A stretch of DNA of 62,575 bases, counting the filler, from Choristocarpus tenellus KU-1152 (Eukaryota; Protista; Phaeophyceae): the NCBI GenBank assembly GCA_964200185.2. It is 9 parts of 9 records of this genome, joined end to end, with 100 filler letters (N's around TTAATTAATTAA, not from the genome) between each part and the next. Parts side by side here need not be neighbours in the genome. Positions count along the whole stretch, not along the records: positions 47,620 to 50,809 come from CAXNAD020021664.1; positions 50,910 to 62,575 come from CAXNAD020002193.1; 7 more parts are not named here. The stretch is one strand, 5' to 3'. Positions 48,600 through 61,479 of this stretch are shown here, in pieces. Each line of letters begins with the position of its first letter. Within the stretch, counting starts at the first letter, position 1. Position numbers and translations under genes: made by a program. The notes beneath the pieces were generated by a model. That model searched no databases and was not told where the DNA came from. It saw nothing but the letters and a program-made list of their open reading frames with translations.

Positions 48600-49950
48600 T
48601 GGAGCTTGGAGGAGCTGGTAAAATGCTACAAATTTACCCCAAGTGTTAAAATGAATTCAATGTTTACCGTCAACAGTATCATTCTTGTCGTACTGTACCA
48701 CCAACTAAACCGAAACCCAATTAGAATACATTGATCTACAACTGTGGTTGAGAGATTTAGTATACATAGACTGCGAGATAAAAGCACAACTACTGAGAAA
48801 CACTTGAAGTCAGGATGACGTTTTGTATCACAACACCAAATTAATATACCTTTCCGGCGAATGATGGTTATTTTTGTTGGTGTTACAAGCATTGGAAGCT
48901 GAACTATTAAGACAAACATGGGTCATTAAATTACAGCAGCCACTTGGTATTGTGTGGTCGAAGTTACCACTTATCTGAGACCAAGTGTTCACTTCTCCCC
49001 CGCAACAAGCCCAAAGTGAAGTTATCTATGTATAGAGAGATTAACTATTTGCACAGACTGGTCTCATATGGGTGTTGATGGTTCATAGTATCCTAGAGAG
49101 GGAGTCATGTGTCTATTCGGAGCCTTGGTGACCCTGTAGTGATTTTCGTGTCATTTGAGATAACGTGTCAAATGTAAGGCCAATTTCCTTCGTCTGGACA
49201 CACCTTCCTTTTCGACCCTCCTGCCTGGATAAAATCCGCAAAACGGGTATCAAACTGGGGTGCTTTACAATACCTCATCAAGTCCCAAATGTATAACCTG
49301 GTCTAAAACCCCCACCCTGTATAATACCATGGGCCGATTGGCGAAGTGATCTGCCTCGATCCTTGCCAATACATGCATCTAATGTGCTCTTAGCTCCCTC
49401 CACGATGAATTCAACTATTTTGCAAAAGAAAATAATGTATGTTGGGAAATCTACACGAGATAGGTGTTGGGTTGATACATTGGTAAGACAGGGTTTGGCA
49501 ACCAGAAAAAGGTCCAAAACCACATCTGTCAGCAATATGCAAAAATCGTAAATCACCTACATATACTAGGTAGGTGGGTGAGTATAACCTACACTTCGAC
49601 ACATACTGCGGTGGATGCCACACACATGAGGCATCACAACTCTTTCAGAGACAAAGCAAGCACATGTTTGACTGTGAGCTAGGGTGAGACTGGTGCATTC
49701 TCCTCAGCACTTCAATATCGCGTGTTTCGTTTCGTTCTCCCTAAAGATATTCCGGCAACAGCAACCCTCTTACTAATAGTGGCCCTAGCCCTTTTAATAG
49801 TAGCCAAAACAAGTCTATGCATAACATGAAAATTCAAACAATGTATGTCCCCAACGATTCTATTACAACAAGAAGATTTAATTGCAACACCTGAATGATA
49901 TCGGACACATTTATAGTTTGGGCTCAGATCCAATCCTAATATCTCAGTTC
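48600..49950 (-). mobile_element. Degenerate Ty1/copia integrase-region remnant
   Basis: GDLRFLHIADRCGFGPF (cf. L.L.H.D.CGP) followed by fragments resembling LRTD.GGEF. Many stops; boundaries approximate. Confidence 0.35.
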
Positions 49951-50389
49951 TCACCCCTTTCCTTCAGAAAATAATGCACCTTGCAAATACTGTCCTACCT
50001 TCATAAAGTCCGCCAGTGAAATAGAATTACTCCCAGGGGTGGATGCACCCTCCTCAACAATCCTAGCAGCCACCGCTTCCTGAGGAAGTAAGGAAAGGGG
50101 AAGAGGACGGAGCAAAGAAGAAGAGTTATCCAGTGCAAAATCAGCGGATGCTACATGTGCATATGAGGGAGGGGGTAAGGACCGTTGAAAATATTCTACT
50201 CACTGTATAGCACTTTTTCCTGACCACTTTCTGCACACTCATATTTCCTCTTTGTTAGACCTGGGTTTCTGCAGTCTAGATTGAACGAACTAGTGTTTGT
50301 TGGCTCCTGTAGGCTCCTATGGAACTTGCATAAGATATCAGCATGTTATTTTTTGTACTGTTACATTGGTTGCAGTAGAGATATATGCA

Positions 50390-50586
50390 GATTCAAACCA
50401 ATTGAGAAGTAATCAGGTCTAAACCTCTTTGCATTCTAAGCCATATTTCTTACCCTATACAATACACTCTATTTAATTGGTCTGTGTGCACAGTAGTGTA
50501 CACAAAATTGATTTTCCCCCTTTCTACACACAAAGTGACACCACAATTCAGCAAAGCCTCTTCCTGCAACTATGAAAAATGGTTTT
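50390..50586 (+). repeat. Dispersed repeat family C, copy 1, interrupted by a family B MITE
   Basis: Homologous to the reverse complement of 57400-57587; shared blocks include ttgcattctaag and gtgtacacaaaattgat. Confidence 0.75.
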
Positions 50587-50763
50587 GGCTCAAAGTATCT
50601 GGGGGAGAGGGGGTGGCAGCTGTCCATTTGGAGCCCATTTTTCCATGTCTCGATTTTTGGGTGATTTGGTTGCATATGTCGGATGGATAATGTGAGTGCA
50701 CGTTTCCTGGTCAGGGCCCGAATGGACACCTTGGTGTAGACCCCCCCCCCCCCCCCCCCCCCC
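50587..50763 (+). mobile_element. MITE family B, near-complete copy ending in a long C run
   Basis: ggctcaaagtatctgggggagagggggtggcagctgtccatttgg...gtgtagacccc, homologous to the reverse complement of 61301-61479. Confidence 0.85.
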
Positions 50764-50809
50764 AAATCCAGCTCGTTCCACTTTCCCTAACAATTAAGTT
50801 TGGGCCTAA

Positions 50810-50909
50810 NNNNNNNNNNNNNNNNNNNNNNNNNNNNNNNNNNNNNNNNNNNNTTAATTAATTAANNNNNNNNNNNNNNNNNNNNNNNNNNNNNNNNNNN
50901 NNNNNNNNN
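50810..50909. other. Artificial assembly linker 8
   Basis: N44-TTAATTAATTAA-N44. Confidence 0.99.
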
Positions 50910-51230
50910 TTTTCCGGTTTTTGTGTGGGGGGGGGGGGACCCCTCCTTTTTTTTTACAATATTGAGGTGGAAAGTTTCCAAGGCCTGAGAGAAAATTCTG
51001 AAGCATATTTTGGTTTTTTCTTGGAGTAAGTTAGTCACATGTGATTTAGGGTTAGGTTTGGGGTTATTTAGGTCCTGCCATGCATTGTGTGTGTGGGAAA
51101 CAGTAATAGTAACAAAAGAGTCTGCTGTACTACAGGTATACTTAAATAATTTTATAACTGATAAACTGATGTGAAATGCACTGTTGTGCTTCTACCTTCA
51201 TGACACTTATTCGGGGGTTTGGGGGACCAG

Positions 51231-54200
51231 ATGAAGGAACTGCAGAAGAAGACCTTCCAGCAGGGCGACATTCCCAAGGATGAAACCTTCATCACTGAGC
51301 TTGAGGTATGTGTCTGGTTTGTGAGCAGGAGTTATGAGACCAGTAGGCAGCCCTTTTGGTTGGTACATTTTGAGGTTTTGACTTGGCTCTACTCTGTGTG
51401 TGTGAGTGAGTAGGATGCTGTGCAATGTATTCTGTTAAGTGTACAAATTAACAAGGAGATGCTTTGAGGTAGAGGTAGAGGTAATAGGTACTCACTGCCT
51501 TTTAGTGCAAGGTGTGCAAAGCTAATTCTTGATATCAAGATGTGTGTATCTCTTGATAATATTTATTATTTGTACTTGAGTGTTGTTGGGATGTTGGGAT
51601 GGTTTGTTGAATACAGTATTGAATTGAGGCCGTTGGGGTACAGCAGCCCGTGGTAATAGCTTACAACGATAACCAAACAAGTATCTCTGGTACATGTTTT
51701 ATAATTTTAGGGATCTTGGAATTATTTCAGCCTAGGTAGGTTAGAACAGAACGAACTCTTTGATTGTGTACCTTGATGGTATAGGGTTAGGGTAGAACTG
51801 CCCCGCCTTGTGTAGCCTCTTTTTGCTTGGTAAGATGTTGGTAAGATGTGGTGAGGTAACAAACTAGTATTGAGAACATAAATAGCTACTGCTAACAATG
51901 CAAGTAGTAGGAAAGGCCAATCCAGTTTGTTCTTCAATTCCGTTAAGAGACTGATCTTAGTCAGTCTCAGCGACCTAAGAGAACGTTTTTCTTAACCCCC
52001 CCCCCCCATGACTATGGACGCCACCGAATACTGCAGGAACCCATGGTTTCCCCCCTGATCCGTTTGGTGATGATGATGGAACGGAAGGAGTCTGGTGTTG
52101 TGTCGAGCAAGTACCTCATGGGCCTGCTTGTCCTCACATGGGACGGCTGGTTGCACTTCTTTGACCTGCCCAAGGCATCTAAGCTGACTCTTGACACGCC
52201 CCCCATGGTGGTGAGACCCGACTGCCTGTTAAGAGGGCTTGGTTACATGAAAGTGATGTCTTGTAGGTGTGGGTGTATTCTCTCACCAAAGTGAAGGTTT
52301 GATTGCTGCAATACGGTGGAGGCGTTTGTATTGCTTTCTTGCTATATTGATCTTGCTGCTATTGATAGTGGAGGGGGTGGGGGTGTGGTTTGTATGAAAA
52401 ATCTGTTGTACGTATTTTCAAAAGATCAAGTAAGTCTTTTTTTCCTTTTCTTTTTGTTATTTTCACTCACTATTTTTGTCTACGGAGTCGGTGGTGGGTG
52501 AAGCAGGCCTTTCATTGCACGTTGAATTTACTATCGACCTTAGTGACTTCCAACATCATATTTTACTTCTATGACACTGTTGTCAAGTTTGAGATATATT
52601 GGAATGTGATAAGAGTGACCGATGTGACTCATCTCGATGTGTAAGGGTAAAAATGTTGGTTTTTCTTTTTCCCCCTGAGGCGTGTACAGCAATTGGTTTG
52701 GTACAGCACCCCGATCACAGAGTGATACATCATTAAATCCTCATTTTTTGCCCTCACTTCCTTTTTTTCATTTTTTGGCACTGTCTTTATCTGTTTCAAG
52801 GTTTTCCGAGAGCTGGCCCCAATCATCGATGTCAGCCACTTCAAGCTCAACAAGAGAGGAGAGGAAAAGATTGAGGTAAATATTTGTCGACCCTCACACA
52901 ATATTGTGTCCACGTGCTGAATGGATGCCTTGATCTGCCTTATGTTTGGGTGTCTTTAGAGAGGTGTACAACTGTACAACTTGATCATGGGTTGCATTTT
53001 GCGCCAAAAGTCTGTTGCACAGAAGGCATGATCCTTGCACAACAATGGTCAAAAAATAATTTTGGCTTTTGGTAACTTAAAAAAAAATCCAACCCAATGA
53101 GAACAGATTTTTGCTTCAAGTACAGAGATACGGCTCGACAGGATGATAAGCTGTTAATGGTTGTTAAATTATTGGCATCTGACAAGACTTCCTCTCCCCT
53201 GTTGCAATAATTTATATTTTTTTCAAGGTTCACACAGCATTCTCACTGGAGCTGGTAACTGACTCCAGTGTGGAGATCCTTCATGGCAAGAAGTCACACA
53301 AGTTTGAGGTTAGAGCACATCTTTCATGCGGTCAAGAAATTCACCATGCTTGAGATTGTACTCATCACAATTGTAAATTGTAGTGTATGGAATGGCAGAT
53401 ATCATTCCCCTCCCCCTCCCCCTCCCCCCCTGCGCTTACCCATTTTTTGTGTCCTTGTGTCTGTGTCTGTAGTTATTGTGCTGTGGAGGAAAGGAAGATG
53501 GTGTTGGCTGTAGATGTTGTTGCTGCATTTAATTTGGTATTACCATGTTACAATAGTAACAATAGTAAATGAGGCGATGGCCGTTGTTGTGTGTTTTTTT
53601 CTGAATTTTATTTTTTTTCTCATGTTTTGGGGGGGTTGGTTTCTCCATTGTGTCTTGATGTGGGCTTCAACTTTTTTGACATCGAAATTGCTCCTTGGTG
53701 AGCCTTGGAGTTGTTTAGTTAAGGGGAAGGGAATGGCAATGCTTGTCTGGTAGTTGGAAGCAGCACAACCCCAAGTTGATAGTTGAGACAACTCTGCCTC
53801 AATTGATGAAATGTGGGTGGGGTGCCCAAGTGCTCTCCTTTCTCACTGAATTGATCTTTATCTCTTTCGGGTAGGGTATATAAGATAAGCATCATAGCAG
53901 TTACCGTTTGATTTCTTAATGGTGAATTGGTGCCCTTTATATCTCTGATATAAGGTAACTGGCTTGATGAAAAAGAGCTCCTTCAAGGCTGCCCTTGGCT
54001 CCTCTCATGGCACCAAGTCAGTCACCCTCCGGTGCTCGTCAGAGAGCCTCATGATGGATGTGGCTGTGAAGATCAGGGCTGCTTGTGAGGGAGCAGGAGA
54101 GGTAAGTGTTGTGGTAGATATGAATGGGGGACTCTGCCTAGAGTTATTGGATGAAAATGTATTTTTTTTCTCTTTATGGGTCGACTTCTACTGAGGTACT

Positions 54201-55167
54201 ACGTAGAGTACTTGGAACGTGTAGCACACTGCAGATAGTATAACAATACAGTTACAGTTGGATTGTTGAACTGAAGAGCGGAGTATCTTCTATAGCTCTG
54301 TGGTGCCCTAGAGCTATATTTACAGCCTCGTCACTGTATTGGCACAGGTAGATCTCCACAAAACTCAATGATGAGCACTATTTTAGGAAACTTGTTCCGC
54401 TACGGCATGTGATGTGAGTCTTTCTGTATAAAAGTAATATTTTTTGGTCCATTCTCTCTGCTTTGTGGATAGTTCGGTTATCTTGCATTGAAACCCATGA
54501 GGTGGAACCACCTTAGACCACAACTGTAGAAGGTGTGTCCTGTGCCTTTTTGGGGGGGTTGGTAAAGCATGGTATGGCGATATTTGAGTAGCATTGTTAG
54601 AATGAATACAGTTTACTCTTGCACCACCAGCAATGCGTGTTTCAAGATGCTTTATAGACAATATGTCACGAACTGTGTCCCAAGAAAAGGTGTGGGAAAT
54701 GAGGTCTGGGTCAGTAGGAGCACGGAGTTTTATTCTTGTCCATTTTTTGTTTTTGTGTTGGTTGTCATGCGTGCCCTCTCCTGCTCTTTACTGTCATATT
54801 GTATTAATGTGATGAACTATGTGCTTTGTTAGTTAATTACCTGTGATATTATATAGTGCATTGATTTGATACTTTGAGTCCAACACTAGAGCAACATGGG
54901 GTTCTGTTATGGTAAAAGGGACTGTGTTCCAGCACGTCTTAGATATTGCATTCATTTAATCCTCTTGTGTCACTACCAACCCTAACCCTACAGTATATTT
55001 CACCTCAATTCTCAGCATGGTCAACTGCCAACAGTAACATCCTCTGTCCTCCCATCCCCCACTCCTTGATCCACCCTGAAATGCTGCAATTGTAATTTAT
55101 TTTATTTTGTGACTGGAAGACTGAGGAGGAGAGCATCCGTGAGAACTTCTTCAGTAAGAAGAAGTAG
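51231..55167 (+). CDS. PH-domain protein (possibly Slm1-like), 3' part; exons 51231-51305, 52037-52210, 52801-52875, 53228-53308, 53955-54101, 55120-55167
   Basis: Six exons join in phase 0 with GT-AG boundaries and end at TAG 55165-55167. ...SPLIRLVMMMERKESGVVSSKYLMGLLVLTWDGWLHFFD...SHKFEVTGL...SVTLRCSSESLMMDVAVKIRAAC follows the PH strand-and-helix pattern, although the usual helix Trp is absent. Confidence 0.75.
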
Positions 55168-57399
55168 TGATAGGTCCAATACATTGAGAACATACCCTTT
55201 ACATGTGGTACTGGTTGTAAGAATGTTTCATTCCCATGCCTGATCTGTGATACGCCTGTTTTTTGGTTGATAAATCTGCCAGAGTGGTGTAGAGTACCCA
55301 TGTGCGCGCGCGCGCGTGTGTGTGTGTGTATGTCACTTTTGATCCAGTTATTTATGTGTTGTTGGGATATGAAAGAAGTTTGGTACACAGATGTTAGAGC
55401 AAATGGGGTTGTGGATTTGTTGAGTGCCTTGTGTATGCTTGACTCCCCTGACCAATCCATCAAGCAGACATCGGGATTGTCCTGATGTTAAATTTTCAAT
55501 ATTATTTACACTGTCATGGTTTGTGTCACTATGTGTGTGAGATATTTCACCTGGGGCAATGCCAATGGTCAGGTCTGTTAAGCCGACCACGTCAATGATT
55601 CTTTGATTTTTTTTATTGGAGCTCTCAATTGAGTGTGTTGGGATTTGCTGAACCACACATGATCTGAGATTTTATTTGGGACCCATCCTTTTTGTATAGT
55701 GTTTCCCAATTCCCTCTCCCTTCCACCTCCATCACCTTGATTTTATTTAGAGGGAGGGGACTGTTCAAATTGCTGTTTTTTGAAGTGTTTAATACCTGCA
55801 ACTGTCCGGGAAGACTGCTTGCGGTAGGCTAGGCTGCTAAGACAAGGATTTGTTGGATAAGTACCATTTGTTGACTTACGTGATGCTACTGTTTTGGTAT
55901 GATGGGATTGTGAAGATTGCATTTCTATCTTTTAGGAGTACAAGATGGAGCAACAAAATACTGCTGCTGGTTTTTATGCTGCATGATGAATGCTTTATTC
56001 CCGAAATTCGTGGGGCAGGAAAGGCTCCAAAAAAGTCTTCCATTGGGTTATCTTGACTGTGTTTTGAGCAACATTTTTTTAACCTCTATATATGTGAACC
56101 CTACCGTTGGTACCTTGTCTACTGTGATCTTGGCATGACCTCCACAAGTGTTTTTATTAGGTTTTCGGTTCAGTTGGCGTAGCGGTATGACTAAGGTGAA
56201 ACTGTTAAGCTGGCAGAGTGTGTATGTGGAATTACTTGCATGTGCTATTTGAGGTAAACCCATAGTGCTGTACAGATCTTCCCAACTGTCAATTTCCATG
56301 GTGGCACAAAGTGGGAAGTGTCAGGATTAGTTAGCAGCCCTGTTTGTGAAGGTGCTTCTATGAAAAACACTGACCTGCGTCTGGTAAGACTTCTGTTGTT
56401 TTTTGGAGGGTGAAAACAAGTTCCGTCAATGTTGGACATGATATTGTGAATCTTTTGGAGGGGGAAAGGGGAGGCACTCTTGACTTGTGTTCTGTAGTTG
56501 ATCTGTTGTATGTACTGTGGTAAACTCTACCATAGGCATTGAAGTCCTCACCAGGTATTATAATACTGAAGAACTGAATAAAAGAGAACACATTCGCCTC
56601 CTACAAAGAATAGAGCAACAACCCCAACATGCTGGTCATGAATCCTTTTGAGGTGGGTGACAACAGGTATGGCAGAGAAGCATCGGTATAGAGCACATGG
56701 AAGATGAGAGTGTTAACTGTTTGTTGTAGCAGTCAGAGAGAGAGACACATGATGCAAAGGCTCAGTATGTTCACGGAGTTTGTTGTGGGGTGGGGTGGAG
56801 TCCCTGGTTCCGCTTGGTTTTGTGGGAAACTGCGCAAAATATTTCGATAGATGTTAACATTCCAAACTCTTCCACAGGTAGCACACATCACTATGTTCTC
56901 CTCTCCTCAAACTGCCTTCCCTGTGACAATGAATACACCTATCATACACAAAACACCCAATTACAATATTTCCACTCTGTACGGTAAGGTGTCCTTGTTT
57001 CTGGAGATCGTGGGCGTGGGAGCAGACTCTCTTGGTAAGAGCTGACAGGCCTCTCATTGCATCAAGTCAGAACCTGAAGGAACTGACAGGAGAGACAATT
57101 GGTGTGTATATATAGTAGGTCACACAAACAAGATCTTAAAAATGGTCACTAATTTGTCTCTTTTTTCTCTCTGTACTGCAATGGGGTAAATGTTGATGCT
57201 TTTTCATCTTATTTGCCACTGATGTTGAATGATTATGAGATAGGGTCAGTGCGTGCGCCTCTGAGCCAACAAACCGTTGCTTGCACCAGATGACATGGGC
57301 AGGGATGGGTGTGGTAATGAATGCATTATTTGAGCCAATTGTTTGAGAAGTAGGCAGGGTTGCATTTTAAAGATCCTAGAAAGGCCACGAAGAAGTTAT

Positions 57400-57587
57400 T
57401 TTGTACAATTGTGGGAAGAGCCTTTGCTTGGTGATGGTGTTGCTTTGCGTATGGAAAGGGCGAATATCAATTTTGTGTACACAATTGTGAACATACTGCA
57501 ATGAAATAGTTGTATTGGACAGGGTGAGGAAGGCAACTTAGAATGCAAAAGGGTCCAAATCTGCCCATCTCTTCGTTGGTTTGACTC
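57400..57587 (-). repeat. Dispersed repeat family C, copy 2
   Basis: Reverse complement starts GAGTCAAACCAA... and aligns by eye with 50390-50586. Confidence 0.75.
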
Positions 57588-57747
57588 AATTGTGATATGT
57601 TACCCACTAATGGATTTGTATCCAGGGGTTACGAATATAACAGAATTCCTTCTTGATGATAGATCCACATGTATGTGCCGACTAAATAATCCCATTGTTG
57701 ATTGTGACACCATCATCAGAATATGTCTTGTTCTTTTGCACAATGCA

Positions 57748-58006
57748 GAGCCAAAGTATCTTAGAGGGTAGAGCCGTGCCCATTTGGTGGCCAAAATCCA
57801 ATGGTGCGATTTTGATAAAATCTTGGCCATCATATTTGTTAGGAAGTGTCAATATCCATGTTCTGGATGCACCTTTTCATAAGGTATACATTTTACCTAA
57901 TCTGAAACATATTGGAGTAGGAAAATGTCATTTAAAAACCTACGGGAAGCCAAGCACCAAATGGACGAACAGGGCAAAATTCGTACCCTCTTAGATGCTT
58001 TCACTC
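57748..58006 (-). mobile_element. MITE family A, complete copy in reverse orientation
   Basis: GAGCCAAAGTATCTTAGAGGGTA ... TACCCTCTTAGATGCTTTCACTC; flanks gca and aca. Confidence 0.9.
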
Positions 58007-59172
58007 ACATATATATGTCATATTATGTGCAATGTTAATTGGGGTGGTCGGCGCATGCATTTATATTAATACAGATACTCCACACGAACACAATATACCT
58101 ACATGCATACATGTTAATACAGATATCTACATCCTTCTACAAGTAGCATGTCGTACATGAAACAACAATGATTGTGCTGCCAAGGCAATGCGAAACTAGC
58201 AATAATATTTTATCAAAAGGTAAGCCTCAAGTCACGAGGCAAAACTGTTGCTGCTCGGCATTACATAGTGGGGGATTGGGAAGACGAGTAGACTCTAGAT
58301 AGAGCTATAAAAAGTTAATGCAACTACAAGCAAAGAGTGACATCAGCAAGCCCACGCTTGTTGACCAGTGAGGTTTTGTCCAACAAACGGCATATTTACA
58401 TCACCACTCCCCCGTTCGATTTTTGTGGGTGGGTAGGGTAAGGGTAAACAATGCTGTCCTTCCTAAAACCGTCTGAGTCCTGCCTGCACCATTTGATGGT
58501 CCCCCTCACACACACACATATATATATATAAATAGCGCATGTGCAGCCTGACTGGAGATTGCCCAGCATTTCATCTGTCTACTTCGTCTCAAAAAGATTT
58601 CATGGGATTGGAGGAGAGCCGATAGAGCTGTAAATATGAAAACCTAACTGTAGAGAGATTTTGGAGTGGGTTCCCATATGTTCAGATATGGTTGTAGCTG
58701 GGTAGGAACTAGGTAGCCAACGAACCACGGAGTCTGGTCAGATGAAAACGCTGAGGAGTCATCGTGGGTAGCATGTAGCATGAGTAGCCATCTTGCGCTA
58801 CTTGCGCAAGATGCTTATTCTGTTGAAAAATTGCAACTATTTACTACAGAGTTATGCATACTATTTCAATGCTATTGTACGAGGACAGCACATTGAAGTG
58901 TGACTTCTGTAAACAGGTCTAGGTTGCGCGTGTCTTAGGAGTCAATAGTAGTTACTACCATACAAAGTAATATATATGTCTCTTGTACACATTTCAAATT
59001 ACTACCTATATATCCAAGATTGGACTAATTCCTCACCCCACAGGAAGAGAATCAGTTCATCCATTACATCCAACAAGAAGTTATTGGGCACATGTGGATG
59101 CATGAAGTGGCATCGCTGATGAAGCTAGTTCACGACACAGGACCAAATCTCGTTGCCATGGTCCAACTCAAA

Positions 59173-59389
59173 GAGTGAAAGTATCTTAGGAGGGTACGAG
59201 TTTTGGTCTATGTGTCCATTTGGGGCTTGGCTCCCCATGGGTTTTTTATGACATTATGAAAAGGTGTATCTGAAAAAAGGATATTGACACTTCCTAACAA
59301 ACACGATAGCCAAAATTACATAAAATTCGCAACATTGGATTTTGGGCCCCAAAATGGATGCACCTCTACCCTCTAAGATACTTTGACTC
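59173..59389 (+). mobile_element. MITE family A, copy with an internal deletion of about 40 bp
   Basis: Both TIRs present; it lacks the ...ctactccaaaatgttt... block seen in the other copies. Confidence 0.88.
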
Positions 59390-59392
59390 TCA

Positions 59393-60900
59393 ATGAAGTC
59401 GAAGGAGGTGCATCTGCTTCTCCTCTTGATACTTGGTGGCACAGAAGGGGTGGTGTTAAGTGACACGACTCTTTGTCACGATCTAAGGGAGATTGATGCA
59501 GCAGTAGTACTACGACTGCACCACGCAAAGGTGGGTCTTACGGAATGCACTGGAGTATTACGAGTATACTCCCTCTGATCTAGCCATAGCCTTTTCTTGA
59601 TCCCAGTGTGCACTACCTTGAAATCGTTCCCTCCCATCACCCTTAACACCTGAATTGTGCCTCTTAAACACACTCTGCCACACCCTCTTGAACGTGTCTG
59701 CATCGTACACGTGGAACATGTTTGAAACCCCCTCTACAAGTTCATCAACGGCGCCGTAACACTCTGCCCAAACCCTGCTCTTCAGATATTCAAAAACCCC
59801 AAATCATTGACGTTGAGATCTGGCAACTGTGCCGGCTGCGTCACGAGCTTAATGTACCATCCCTCCTCCATCCTGCTGCGTTCACCTTCTGCACCATGCC
59901 CTTGACCCGTATGTGTGTTGCACCGTCCTGCTACATTGAGGCTCCCCAAATTCCATGGCATTTTTTCCTTGATCGCTGGCAACAGCTGCTCCAGGTACCG
60001 CTCACTCTGTGTCAGTGGTGACATTGACCTTATACTCCTCGCCCTTTGTGTGCCGTGCTGTAGTCCGTTGCGCCTCCTTGGTGATGCAAATCCGTCAGAT
60101 CCCGATCTTCCTGTCAAAATCATGGGAAGAATCTGGGTACAAAACAGCGGAGATGAACATCGCTTTGGGAATATGACTCTTGTGCTGCACCTTCGTCGAG
60201 CCTACCTATTACTCCCCCGGGAACATGTGCACCATCTCTCGTTTGCGGATGAAGTAGAACCACGCCTGATCAATGCGAATGGTGTTGAGGCCAGTCCTGT
60301 ACGTTTTGCGGTTGCGGGAGATCTGGTCAAGGATGAAATCCACCCTGTCCTTAAAAAACAAAAGGATAGTGGTGGTGCGCGACTGAGCCCTCCCCGTTGC
60401 CCCCATGGCTTTGAGCCAGCAATGAAGCTTTGAACTGCCAACTGCAAGGCCTGCTTTGGTGAGGTTGGCGGAAAGTTGGTCAATAGTCAACATGCGATTA
60501 CTGGCGTTGATTTCCCAAATAGTTGCTTGTTTCGTTGGTGTAAGGTCTGACAACCATCCAGACTGTGGTTGTGTGATTCCAGGGAGACGGTATTCCTCCT
60601 GTCTAAGTGTTCTTTGACACACGCCCACACCCATCTAGCGTGTCTCTCTCCCACTACAAACTGTTTCGCCAATTTAGACCACACACCGCTCAAGAGCCTC
60701 TCATAACCCGGAGGAAGAGCCAATGCGTAGCACATCTGAGAGCAAGTGCAATCCAACCTTCATCAGTCAGCTCGCAGTTTTTTCCCCAAGACGGTGGGCT
60801 TCATGTTGGGGACAACTGGCTGTGGGGGCTCGCCATGGGGGTTGTGAGAGTATTGTGCGGCTCCACGCTGCAGCAGGAACATTCAAAAATGGTAAGAATA
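59393..60900 (-). mobile_element. Second degenerate mariner-type transposase, no TIRs recognised
   Basis: IRIDQAWFYF, GKIGI, YLEQLLPAIKEKMPW and IKLVTQPAQLPDLNVNDLGFL, in the same order as in the 23139-24884 element. Frameshifted. Confidence 0.8.
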
Positions 60901-61300
60901 TGTGTACGCTTTTAGGAATTGTTCTGACATTAGAATGGTTTTCATTGGTTTTCCCCTGACACATCTCCAAAATGTCAGAGTTCAAAATAAGAAAAAAAAA
61001 TATGTCCCATTCTGGGTTCCATTCTTTCCGAACCTTTTCAGAACATAATTCTTAGGCTAATTCTTTGAAATTTAGCTTTTCGATGTAAAATAATCCATGA
61101 AATCGGAGGTTGTCCTGAAGAGCTACAAATTAACGGCCCAGACTAGCAGGAGAACTTCCCTGAGTGAAAACATTTAACAGAACTATGAAAGTCCCAAAAG
61201 ACGAATAGTAGTTCAAGAGATCGATGTCTGTTGCAGTCCAGCAACAAGCACTTCTCCAATCGTGGTACAGCAATAATTTCTTTGCTTTATCCTGGGGACT

Positions 61301-61479
61301 GACCTAAAGTATCTGGAGGGGGGTGAGGTCTACACAAGGGTGTCCATTTCAAAAATAACCAAGAAAAAGTGCACTTTCATTATCCATCTGACACGTGCAA
61401 ACCAATCACCCAAATATCGTGACATGAAAAAATTGGCCCCAAATAGACAGCAGTCACCCGCCCCCAGATACTTTGAGCC
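61301..61479 (-). mobile_element. MITE family B, complete copy (179 bp), TSD ACT
   Basis: act|GACCTAAAGTATCTGGAGGG ... CCCCCAGATACTTTGAGCC|act. Confidence 0.88.
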
